DNA from: Nitrososphaeraceae archaeon
GTDB taxonomy: Archaea > Thermoproteota > Nitrososphaeria > Nitrososphaerales > Nitrososphaeraceae
Length of the DNA stretch: 64,000 nt
NCBI GenBank assembly: GCA_035297365.1
Contig: DATGZA010000026.1
Coordinates: 1-64,000 of the forward strand
Direction: 5' to 3'
The notes below the pieces were generated by a model. That model saw nothing but the letters and a program-made list of their open reading frames with translations, was not told where the DNA came from and ran no database searches. Below, one piece after another: positions 43,741 through 52,914 of the stretch. Each line of letters starts with the position of its first letter. Positions within the stretch are counted from its first letter, which is position 1. The translations under genes and the position numbers were made by a program.

Positions 43741-44079
43741 TTAAAAAGAATAATCGGCCTCCTTACAGGCTAGTGGGTTGCTTTTGCTCATACTGATGCG
43801 ACTGTGAATCCTGTTATTTATTTTAGCATCACAGGAGTATGTCTGTCTCTTTCAAAGTTCCCATCCTTAAAGTGGATTCTGTCGCATACTGATACTGATG
43901 TTTACGTTTCTTCGATCCATTCGACTTGTAGTTCTTGTAGGAACAATATCCAAACGAGAAAAGATTAGCTCTTACAAAATACTCTCTATTGTCACTGGTT
44001 GCAGACCATACCTAATAGATGCCTTTCAGTATTATCTGTTTTTTGTTGTTTTCTGTGATGCAATTTGTTTAGAAACCAT
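43741..44079 (-). pseudogene. Second, more decayed SWIM gene copy
   Basis: MVSKQIA..., SDNREYFVR..FSFGYCSYKNY....KKRKH..YA....RMGTLKE, ending KEADYSF*. Colinear with 9770-10169. Confidence 0.7.
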
Positions 44080-44169
44080 TTGTTTTATAAGTATTATATG
44101 GTTAGATCTATATCAATAGTATCGTTATATAAGACACATATATATAGTCGATACATAATATAGTTATAC

Positions 44170-44403
44170 ATGCAATTTGTCATTAGTGGTATAATCACGA
44201 CTACAAAGAATCTTGGTGTTTATGCCCATAGTAAAATACGAGTCAAAAGAGGACGTACCAATCCTCCTGTGATAGCAAGTTTTCCTCAAGAGGTTGCTGA
44301 AAAATCAGGTATGTGGTTATACGATGACATTCACATCCTTACTGATGGAGAAAAAATAGTTATACAAAAAACTGAGGTTCAGAAATCTAATTTTAGTGAG
44401 TAA
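44170..44403 (+). CDS. AbrB/MazE-like small DNA-binding protein
   Basis: ASFPQEVAEKSGM..YDDIHI..DGEKIVIQK fits the swapped-hairpin pattern. Confidence 0.65.
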   Translation: MQFVISGIITTTKNLGVYAHSKIRVKRGRTNPPVIASFPQEVAEKSGMWLYDDIHILTDGEKIVIQKTEVQKSNFSE

Positions 44404-44409
44404 TAAAAA

Positions 44410-44871
44410 ATGAGTTCTAAGGATAGTGACGCTACTAAATTCAAGACCTGTATATATGGTTGTAATACTCAAATCTTTTGGAATGCAGACTATAATGAGT
44501 ATTGGGAAGCGTATACAAGAAAAAAGCATATTTGTCCTAATAGAGGAAATTATGGTAACAAAGCTACAAGTACATCATCAAACACTTCTTATCCCTACAG
44601 AAAAGGACGAGATTCAATTTTGTCAAAACCTAAGATGGATAACTCTTTTGAATTATTACAGGGTTCAATAAAGGAAGTACAAAAACAGTATGAGGTTCTA
44701 TTAGATATCATAAGAAATCATAATGGAAAGATTCATGGTTCGCAGAGGGATAAAGACGTCAAGACCGGGATGCTTGACATTATCGTATACTATGAAGTTC
44801 CTGAAGGCCAGAGGGAAGAAGTGAAAAGGATATTTGAGTTTGCGAGAAAAAGATCTAATATTGTAACCTAG
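44410..44871 (+). CDS. CxxxC...HxC zinc-finger-like protein of the element family
   Basis: CIYGCNTQIFWN...KKHICP; intact paralog of 8745-9179. Confidence 0.8.
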   Translation: MSSKDSDATKFKTCIYGCNTQIFWNADYNEYWEAYTRKKHICPNRGNYGNKATSTSSNTSYPYRKGRDSILSKPKMDNSFELLQGSIKEVQKQYEVLLDIIRNHNGKIHGSQRDKDVKTGMLDIIVYYEVPEGQREEVKRIFEFARKRSNIVT

Positions 44872-44922
44872 ATAAAATAAAACTATTTATATTTTTTAAA
44901 TTAAATATCACTTCTCTATAAT

Positions 44923-45444
44923 ATGCTAAACCTATTAGTAATTTTGACTCTTGTAGCAATAACAATTATTCCGATAGCCAATTCCTTTGCTCAATCTTTA
45001 GATACAATTGAAATAAATTCAACATTGAAGAAGGGCAATCTTATAGATTCTTATCTTTATTTTCAGAATACGAACATGACCTTAGGTGAAGGTAATAAAA
45101 TTTGTCCAGAAATTAATTGTTTATACGAATTTGAGAAAACATCATTTGATAATTTATTTGGAGATAATTCCAGAACTTTTTCGGGAACACTAAAGATTGA
45201 AGATAAGACAAATTCTACAGGCGATTCTATTTTATACAAATATTACAAATTGTCAGGTTCATTTGATTTAATTAATAGTACGGACAACCCTGAAACTGAA
45301 GACAAAATTTTTGTCTATAAAGGAGATTTAGGCTTTGATGTAGACAAGGATACTTTTGGTAAGCCAGATATCAAATATGAATCTGAAGTCAAATTATATC
45401 AACCCCAAAATAAACTGGAATTAATAGGACAAGTTAAAAAATAA
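44923..45444 (+). CDS. Secreted beta-rich hypothetical protein
   Basis: Signal peptide; CPEINC. Confidence 0.75.
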   Translation: MLNLLVILTLVAITIIPIANSFAQSLDTIEINSTLKKGNLIDSYLYFQNTNMTLGEGNKICPEINCLYEFEKTSFDNLFGDNSRTFSGTLKIEDKTNSTGDSILYKYYKLSGSFDLINSTDNPETEDKIFVYKGDLGFDVDKDTFGKPDIKYESEVKLYQPQNKLELIGQVKK

Positions 45445-45471
45445 ATATACTACTGATTTGATTTTGACAAC

Positions 45472-45509
45472 TATTTGGAAAAAATTCAGGTATTTGGAAA
45501 AAATTCAGG
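45472..45509. repeat. 19-bp tandem duplication
   Basis: TATTTGGAAAAAATTCAGG x2. Confidence 0.9.
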
Positions 45510-45752
45510 TTTAATTTATCTTGGTTATACAATATAGATCTAAAGATAAAAAAAGAAGAATAAAGAAATTTAAGGATGTAGCTAAAATTTCCATAAAATA
45601 ACGAATATCCTCGCTGTTGAAAAATAATAAACTATTTATTGTAAAGTTGAATAAATGTCACCCAGAAAGAAAAATGTTGTAATCAATTGTTAACTTTTTT
45701 ATTAATCTTAATTTTCTAAAAGGTTTTTGCAATGAAAATATAATATAATGTA

Positions 45753-46643
45753 TTGAAATTTTATCTTGGTTGTTCGGGATGGAGTTATGATGCATGGAAA
45801 GGTCCATTCTATCCTGAGGACCTAGATACTCGAGAGTGGCTTTCATATTATTCTCAAATTTTTAAATTCGTTGAGATAGACTCTACCTTTTACAGAATAC
45901 CTTCTAGGCTTATGGTACAGAATTGGGCAAGAAGAACACCAGAAGATTTCAAATTCGCTGTCAAATTTCCAAAGGTTATAACACATGAGAAACAACTTGG
46001 TGACGGCCTTTTTGAAAATGTATCACGATTTTTCGAGGTAATGAAACCTTTACAAAAAAAGTTAGTCACTTTTCTCATACAGTTACCTCCGTGGCTTGAC
46101 GTTATTGAAGGACTTTTTTTCCTGAAAAATCTAGAGTCCCAATTGGATAAGTCATATAGATATGCTATAGAAGTCAGACATCATAGTTGGTTTAATGATC
46201 TTACGTTCAATTACTTTAAACAAAATGATTTTTGTCTTGTATGGAGTCAACAAGATAGACTAGTTACTCCTCCGGTAATGACTACAGATTTTGTTTATTT
46301 GAGATTGATAGGCGATAGAAGTATTTTTGACAAGGATTTCGGAAAGATACAAAAAGATAGAAAGCTTGAGATGGAGAAATGGTCCAATATTTTAAATGAT
46401 GTAAAGAATAATGAGGCAATCATAAAGACAGCAATCGTATCATCAAATAATCACTACGCTGGTTTTGGTCCCATGACTGCAAAGATGTTCGGAGAGCTGA
46501 TGAACCTGAAGGATAAGATAACATTCCCAATTTTAGATTATAAACGTTTTATCGAGAATAAGGAAAATGATAATTATTCAAAATTTAACAATTTGAATTA
46601 CAAAAAGACAAAACAGTCATCAATATCAGATTTTTTTAAATAG
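45753..46643 (+). CDS. DUF72 (YecE-like) protein
   Basis: GCSGWSY..W.G.FYP, VEIDSTFY, QLPP, AIEVRH.SW, YLRLIG, NNH. Confidence 0.92.
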   Translation: MKFYLGCSGWSYDAWKGPFYPEDLDTREWLSYYSQIFKFVEIDSTFYRIPSRLMVQNWARRTPEDFKFAVKFPKVITHEKQLGDGLFENVSRFFEVMKPLQKKLVTFLIQLPPWLDVIEGLFFLKNLESQLDKSYRYAIEVRHHSWFNDLTFNYFKQNDFCLVWSQQDRLVTPPVMTTDFVYLRLIGDRSIFDKDFGKIQKDRKLEMEKWSNILNDVKNNEAIIKTAIVSSNNHYAGFGPMTAKMFGELMNLKDKITFPILDYKRFIENKENDNYSKFNNLNYKKTKQSSISDFFK

Positions 46644-46687
46644 AATATAATTATAGCTAAAACTTGCCTTTCAGAATACTTCTTTTT

Positions 46688-46862
46688 TTATGTAATAATT
46701 TCGATTCACGTCCAAAGCCATCTCCCTGATGATCAAATCTATGTGGGTCTGGGCACAATGCTCAATTTTTGTCTGCATATATGAACAACCCAAATCTGAT
46801 GGTCAAGACGGTATACAAATGTCAGGATATAAGAAACCACATTGTTCAGATTTCGCTTGCAT
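46688..46862 (-). pseudogene. Decayed small Cys/Pro module (excalibur-like, often thermonuclease-associated)
   Basis: CGFLYPDICIPS*PSDLGC, then after a frameshift PDPHRFDHQGDGFGRES; compare CDPSYPxxCIP..PPDLDC..DPHxFDxDxDGxGCE. Confidence 0.6.
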
Positions 46863-47133
46863 TTGATAATTAGTAAATAAAAGATATGTGATGTCAATAA
46901 AAATAAAATATATTAATTAAGATAAATCCAACTAATCTTACTCTCATTTTTACTCCCATAAAGAAATATTGGAAATATAATAGATTTCTAGATAAAATCA
47001 ATTGGTCTAAAATGGTACACATTTGACAAATGGCGGTTATGATCATAATCCATTGTCTTTAAAAAATACAGCATATAAGAAATATTTTCAGAATAAAACC
47101 AAAATGCTCGGATGTACAAATTTTCAATTCCAA

Positions 47134-47727
47134 TTAACGACAATCTGGTTTGGCCCAGTTTTCATTCTTAAATTCAGAGATATCACAATATTCTGTATAA
47201 ATCCTAGCCAAATTATTATCCACCAATGCTTTATTGATATTAACGCCATCACAAAAAACTACACCAATATCTCTTCCATATCTATCTCCTCGACGCTGAC
47301 CATCATCAATGTCTACCTGACCTTTTTTATTAAGACAGAGTTTCTTGACAAATTCTTTTGCCTGCTTGAATCCTTCTTGACCTCGTTCGGGTGTATCCAC
47401 AAGAGAAAGTCTTATTCTAATATCATTAATATCTAGAGTATCTCCATCAACAATATAATTGACTATACCTTCTAATTCTATATCCTCTTGTTCAGTTTCA
47501 TATTCTTTGGGAGATGGGACTGCAGATTTGAATTGTGCTTCTTTTTGTTCCTTGTCTTTGTTGTCCTCCTTATCATTGTGAATAACAATTTTATTTTTAT
47601 TACTATTTTCGGGAGTGTCATATTCTGGAAAAACTAGTGATTGGGCTGGGTTGATATTATTATTTGCAGAAAAAAGTAAACATAAGGAAACAATTACTAC
47701 TATCAGTAATAGATTTTTAATTATCAA
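47134..47727 (-). CDS. Secreted thermonuclease (SNase family)
   Basis: VDGDT, IRLSLVDTPE, DRYGR, NKALV...LA. Confidence 0.92.
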   Translation of the reverse strand: MIIKNLLLIVVIVSLCLLFSANNNINPAQSLVFPEYDTPENSNKNKIVIHNDKEDNKDKEQKEAQFKSAVPSPKEYETEQEDIELEGIVNYIVDGDTLDINDIRIRLSLVDTPERGQEGFKQAKEFVKKLCLNKKGQVDIDDGQRRGDRYGRDIGVVFCDGVNINKALVDNNLARIYTEYCDISEFKNENWAKPDCR

Positions 47728-48316
47728 TGTTAGAGAACTATATCTTCAAATTATTTATTCTTTGGATATATCTATGATAAAGTAATTCATCTCTACCGTA
47801 TCTGCTAATAATTCAAATTCAGTCATAGATTCTAAGGGATGAACCAAAATTTAAGATAGTGATTAGGAGTAATTAATTTAGTCAAATTATTATAATTCGT
47901 TATATTTTCTTTCTGCATTTTGTCTTCTAACTTTTTTATCGAAACCATAATTGGTTATTCCTCTGTTTTTTCCCATTTACTTTTTCTTTGATCTTTGGTA
48001 TGACAGGTGTACCATGGTGTACATTGTGTAGGTATTTCTGCATATTCTCTTTGTTCTGTCTTGGGTTTCAAAATATTGTTTTCATCTTGTTCTTCATAAG
48101 GATTTTGTATTTTCTATTAAATAATTATATAGAAATGTCATTGAACGATTTTTTCCAAAGACTCTGAATTTCTTATGGTATATAAGATAACCAATTCTGG
48201 TATAATTTACAATTTATTTTCCTCAATTTTTGTATTATTATTATAATAATATGTTCTTGAAATTGTTTACCGAATCTTCTTTCACTATATTTCATAGATA
48301 CTTGTTCTCTCAGATA

Positions 48317-48335
48317 GTGTGTGTGTGTGTGTGTG
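48317..48335. repeat. (GT)9G microsatellite
   Basis: Read directly from the sequence. Confidence 0.95.
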
Positions 48336-48471
48336 ACAATCGATAATTAAATGTGTCAAACCTGGAGTGGAAATCTGATTTTCTCATCGTCTGTAGTGCG
48401 ATAATATGTGGCCTATTTACACTTTTGTACTTTACTACAACAATTTAAAAGATAATCAAATCAAAAACTAA

Positions 48472-48945
48472 TTATATGATTTTACTATCATCCCAAGTTG
48501 AAAAATACAAAGGAGATATTTCAATGACTATCGACTCTCCTTTTTTTGCACGATTCAATATAACTTTGGCCATCGGATCTTCTAGATTGCCCAGATATTT
48601 CATCAGATTTTTCTCACATATAAAAACAGTAAAATCAAGATCTTCATTTAACGATGTTTTCGCCTTCCCACGTACACCTTTATATGGTATAGTAGGTTTA
48701 TCTACACAAAAATATATTTTGTTACTATTTTTTATGTTTTCTATTTTTTTAGAAAATTTGTAACTTTCAACATAAAACTTAAGTTGATCAGGATCAAAAT
48801 AATAAGAGGTTGGATGAATATTTGGTTCATTCTTCTTATCTATCGTACCTAAATAGATATTTCTTTTACCAGTAGTAAGAAATTTCATAACTTCGTTTTC
48901 CGTCATCGGTTGACTTAAATCTGGTCCAGCATTTAGTATCTTCAT
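48472..48945 (-). CDS. Pyridoxamine 5'-phosphate oxidase-like (FMN/F420 split-barrel) protein
   Basis: LGTID...P.I.P, S.K.ENI.....I.FCVD, YKGV.G.A. Confidence 0.85.
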   Translation of the reverse strand: MKILNAGPDLSQPMTENEVMKFLTTGKRNIYLGTIDKKNEPNIHPTSYYFDPDQLKFYVESYKFSKKIENIKNSNKIYFCVDKPTIPYKGVRGKAKTSLNEDLDFTVFICEKNLMKYLGNLEDPMAKVILNRAKKGESIVIEISPLYFSTWDDSKII

Positions 48946-49048
48946 ATATTTTTTACTTTGACAAAATATATAAATGATAGACTAGAATAGATTTATGGCA
49001 ACTGTTTAAAATAAAAACATTAATTTTTACTTAATTTAGTATAGGGTC

Positions 49049-50242
49049 TTACTTCCATTCAAGTCTAAATGATTGACCTTGAAAGATATTTCTTTTTTTC
49101 CATCTTGCTATAGCACGTTCTTTATTGCTTTCTATAATTACTGGTTGTATATCGCAATAATGTTTTTCATGAGACTCTAAGCTTACATCATAAACTACCG
49201 GAGGTGCCATACTTATAGGATAATCAATATTTATTATAAATTCATGACAATCTACTAAGAATGCATTTTCAAAATATTTATCAGGTTCTTCTACCTCATA
49301 TTCTAAAACGTAAAATTTTCCTTTTTCTCCTTTTAGAATTGGTTTATTAAAAACCGTGGTAAATTCTTTCTGAAATGGTTTATCAATACTTATACTAGAT
49401 ATTTTTAAAGTTTGATTCTCATTATCATATACCTTTATATTTAATTCTTGAAATGTTTTTGGAATATCTGTTGCAATTCCATGCAATACTTGATGTATTG
49501 ACTGGTGTGAAATATTTTCTATTTCATAGAGCCTTTTGTATCTTAGCAGCATAGTATTGGGATCTTTTACGGTCACATTAACTTCTAAATAAGGATAGAT
49601 TGTAGTTCTCCTTAATTTAATAACTTCTTTCTTCATTTTACTTCGTTGATACGAATTTCCTATCGGTACATGTGGATTACCAAAATCGGTTCCATACGCT
49701 GAATAAATTAAAATTCTTTGTCCATGTTTTATTGTATAATCATGTATTGGCGTTATTATTTTCTTATATTCATCAGATAATTCTCTTAAGTCTTCTGCTA
49801 TTCTTGAACTTAATAGTATGTGACCGTCATTACCGATATCCATTATTCTTCTAGCTACTATTATTCCTGGACCCCATACATTTTTATTGTCTAATACATC
49901 TTTCACTACGAAAATTGGACCCGAATGTATTCCTATTCGTAGTCGTAAAGCTTCTGTAGGAATTTTTGCTCTATTGTATATTCCAACTTTTCTGTGGAGT
50001 TCAATTGCCAAATTTAAAGGAAGCTCGGGACTTTGAAAGAAACCGATTGCCATTCCATCTCCTGTAGGAAGTACTATAAAAGAGTCCTTGGATGTTGTTT
50101 TAAAAGCAGTACATTCTTTGATCAATTTATTTAATACCTCAATTTTCCTTATCTGGGTTTTTGTAGACATTCTAAGATCGGATAAACCGACAATATCTGT
50201 AAAGAAAAAATTGGCATAAATTAAACTAGTATGATCTATCAT
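49049..50242 (-). CDS. Class III nucleotide cyclase plus C-terminal beta-sandwich-like domain
   Basis: FFTDIVGLS, TGDGM, LRIGIHSGP, NVWGPGI.VARRI, ILLS. Confidence 0.85.
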   Translation of the reverse strand: MIDHTSLIYANFFFTDIVGLSDLRMSTKTQIRKIEVLNKLIKECTAFKTTSKDSFIVLPTGDGMAIGFFQSPELPLNLAIELHRKVGIYNRAKIPTEALRLRIGIHSGPIFVVKDVLDNKNVWGPGIIVARRIMDIGNDGHILLSSRIAEDLRELSDEYKKIITPIHDYTIKHGQRILIYSAYGTDFGNPHVPIGNSYQRSKMKKEVIKLRRTTIYPYLEVNVTVKDPNTMLLRYKRLYEIENISHQSIHQVLHGIATDIPKTFQELNIKVYDNENQTLKISSISIDKPFQKEFTTVFNKPILKGEKGKFYVLEYEVEEPDKYFENAFLVDCHEFIINIDYPISMAPPVVYDVSLESHEKHYCDIQPVIIESNKERAIARWKKRNIFQGQSFRLEWK

Positions 50243-50324
50243 GATTGTAGAAAAATATTAAATTTTACATCTCATTTATTTGTATTTAAATAAATAAAAT
50301 GCTCATTATGATATAAACTAATTT

Positions 50325-51665
50325 TCATGTTTCATCAACTGGTGGTTGGATGCCTCCTACAGCAAATTTCGAGAAATGTTGTAATTCTATAAGATAACCA
50401 CATTTTTTATCTGTGTCCAATGATTTGTATCTTTGAAGTTTATCTAATGTATTCCATTGTTGATTTTTTTCGTTATAGGCATATAAAGAAAGGTCTGGAC
50501 ATCCGTCCTTTAATTTATTTGTATTAAGGAACTTATTTATAGTTATATAACCCAAAGGTGAGGATGTGAAAGAATCAGGATTCGAGAAATCTACAGGAAT
50601 TTGACCGTTGCCATGGATATAGTCTATATCTAAGAATAATGCAATTTTATCAAAAGGTAAAGGAGGAAGATTGAGATTTTTGTGAATATCATCTGATATT
50701 CCAAACCTGAATCCTACATTGGTTGCCTGTTCTGCAAATTTCATCTCTAACTTTTCAACACTGCTGGTATTAGACTCTGTGGCGAATGGCTCCTTAATCA
50801 ATAACGACATATTAGAAAATATCTTTCCGATCACGGGGGTAAGAATAAAATTATATTTAGAATTTTCTTGTTTTATAAAAAAGAGAGGAGGTACATATAT
50901 AGTGTCTGCAGCTATTTCTGGTGTTGGAGCAGGATAGTTAGGAATAGAATATGACTTGAAAAGTTGTGATGCTGTAGATGTAACTGGAGCAGATGATTGA
51001 AACAATATTTGTTGAGGTTGACTTAAATTCTTCAATTGTTCAATAGATTGTATATATCCTTCAGGCATTTGATTAACCTTGCTTATTTTTTCTCCATTTA
51101 TTGAAGCCCCTTTAGAAATAAATATCTTTAGCGCTTCATCATTCAATTCTGTAGAAACATTAGCTTTTCCTTTAAAAGGTAGATTAGTGTCTATATTTTC
51201 GATAGTTATTATTGCATCAGGATTAGTTTCATGAACAGTGACTCTGTTTTTTATTAACAATGGAACAAAATTCTGTGCAACACTGGTTTCATTTATGACA
51301 TAAGATGCAAATTTTACGTTATTTAAAAATATGATTCCATTAGAAGATTCAAAATCCACAGATTTATTATTATCATGTATGACAAGGGAGTCTTTTAATG
51401 TAAATGGATTAGGAGAAATCTTAAATGTTGCATCTGGAAGAGGTTTACCTGTATCAAAATTAATTATTTTAATCGTAAGCGTTCCTAAATCTTGTGAATT
51501 TTCTTCTTCAGCTAATGATGGAGAAGCGGAGAAAGTAAAAAGAAACAAAGTCACTATTGAAATTATAAAAACTAAAGATAGTTTTAATATAGTCTCTTTC
51601 ACATGAGAAAGGTATCGAGATTTAGTATTTAAAATTTTCTTGAAAAATGGTATTTTTACTAACAT
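50325..51665 (-). CDS. Secreted surface protein (prealbumin/SpaA-like plus PGF-pre-PGF-like domains)
   Basis: Signal peptide; GKPLPDATFKI...YVINET; C-terminal W..L...QHFSKFAVGG. Confidence 0.7.
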   Translation of the reverse strand: MLVKIPFFKKILNTKSRYLSHVKETILKLSLVFIISIVTLFLFTFSASPSLAEEENSQDLGTLTIKIINFDTGKPLPDATFKISPNPFTLKDSLVIHDNNKSVDFESSNGIIFLNNVKFASYVINETSVAQNFVPLLIKNRVTVHETNPDAIITIENIDTNLPFKGKANVSTELNDEALKIFISKGASINGEKISKVNQMPEGYIQSIEQLKNLSQPQQILFQSSAPVTSTASQLFKSYSIPNYPAPTPEIAADTIYVPPLFFIKQENSKYNFILTPVIGKIFSNMSLLIKEPFATESNTSSVEKLEMKFAEQATNVGFRFGISDDIHKNLNLPPLPFDKIALFLDIDYIHGNGQIPVDFSNPDSFTSSPLGYITINKFLNTNKLKDGCPDLSLYAYNEKNQQWNTLDKLQRYKSLDTDKKCGYLIELQHFSKFAVGGIQPPVDET

Positions 51666-51709
51666 AAATTTATGGTTCTGTGGAAACCACCATTATAAGA
51701 ACCAACGAC

Positions 51710-51950
51710 ATCATACTATGAAGATTGTATGCGATACATATAAAGACCAGTTCTCAATTCTACATTCTTATCAACCCAAATGTAATATGTTCTCCAAATA
51801 ACCTTTTTATGAAGAATACAATAGTTTCATCTTTTCTTATGCTGATTTTAGAAAATCTTTTTGTAATCATGTTTCATATCATTTCCTTTCTGTGTCTCCC
51901 ATGAGTTTCGGTAAATGTATTTGTTGCTATCTTGGAGGAATTATACTATC
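51710..51950 (-). pseudogene. IS5/IS4-type DDE transposase C-terminal relic
   Basis: SIIPPR, THGRHRKEM, KDETIVFFIKRLFGEHIT, ELVFICIAYNLH. Confidence 0.7.
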
Positions 51951-52099
51951 TCGCCATTTTGTTTGTATCTATTATTGAGGTAATAAAAAGAGATTCTTTT
52001 TACATTTACAAATACAAGTTAATTTTTGAAAATTTAAAATTTCCACAATGGTAATAAAGAATACGAGATGTGTTCAAATGTATAGTTGCATTTACTAAA

Positions 52100-52531
52100 C
52101 TAAAGTTTGTAAGATCTTTTCTGTTTGATATTATGAGATGCTTTCTTCGTATCGCTCTCTCGCTTTTTTGTCCAACCTATTCTTTTGTTATTTAACATTT
52201 CAAAGTTCTCATAAATATGCGGTCTCTTTTTTCTCATTCCTTGTACTACAGATTTTGCCTTATTCCAAAAGGGAGTAGGATTGAACATATCAAAATAAAG
52301 GTCAGCATCTATCATTCTATGACTTACAATAACACCTGATAGCTCAAAAAATCCACAGACAGCAATAAAATATGATCTTTGAATTGAAGACCCCCCATAC
52401 TTTTGTATGTATTCTTCATAACTATCAACATCCAGTTCTTCTAAAAACCAGAGTATTGCATCTCTATGACCATCATAAATTTTATATAATTTTATTAGTG
52501 TATCTGTATTTACTGTATCTTTTAAAACCAT
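52100..52531 (-). CDS. Hypothetical helical protein (DUF4760-like)
   Basis: FFELSG..V....ID..LYFD, W...K..V..MR.....IYENFE.L. Confidence 0.65.
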   Translation of the reverse strand: MVLKDTVNTDTLIKLYKIYDGHRDAILWFLEELDVDSYEEYIQKYGGSSIQRSYFIAVCGFFELSGVIVSHRMIDADLYFDMFNPTPFWNKAKSVVQGMRKKRPHIYENFEMLNNKRIGWTKKRESDTKKASHNIKQKRSYKL

Positions 52532-52572
52532 AATATATAGTTGTATAAGAAGTAGATAAATGATTCATTAAA

Positions 52573-52647
52573 TAACAATTGGATCTAATGATATTATTAA
52601 CAATTGGATGTACTGATATTATTAACAATTGGATGTACTGATATTAC
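52573..52647. repeat. 25-bp tandem repeat x3
   Basis: TAACAATTGGATGTACTGATATTAT units, with no spacers. Confidence 0.9.
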
Positions 52648-52914
52648 TGAAATTCTGATTCTTGTAGAAAAAAGTTCAATCTGTTGTATGATATATGGTA
52701 TGAGAGGAAGAGTCAAATGTTTTTGACACAATTCTGTAATACAAAATATTATTGTCAAAAATATCAAGTTATTATTGATATCCCTCTATTACTAGAATTA
52801 AAATATCCTCTTGTTTTCATTTTATGTTTCTTCTAATATTGATTAGCGTAATGTCGAATAATCTATTTCATTGTTTTGAATGCACTTCCCAGATTTTGGG
52901 TCATGATCGATAAA

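Noticed and set aside
48472-50242. Pycsar system
   Set aside because: No adjacent TIR or 2TM effector with a cyclic-nucleotide-binding domain.
52573-52647. CRISPR mini-array
   Set aside because: The units are contiguous with no spacers, and there are no cas genes.
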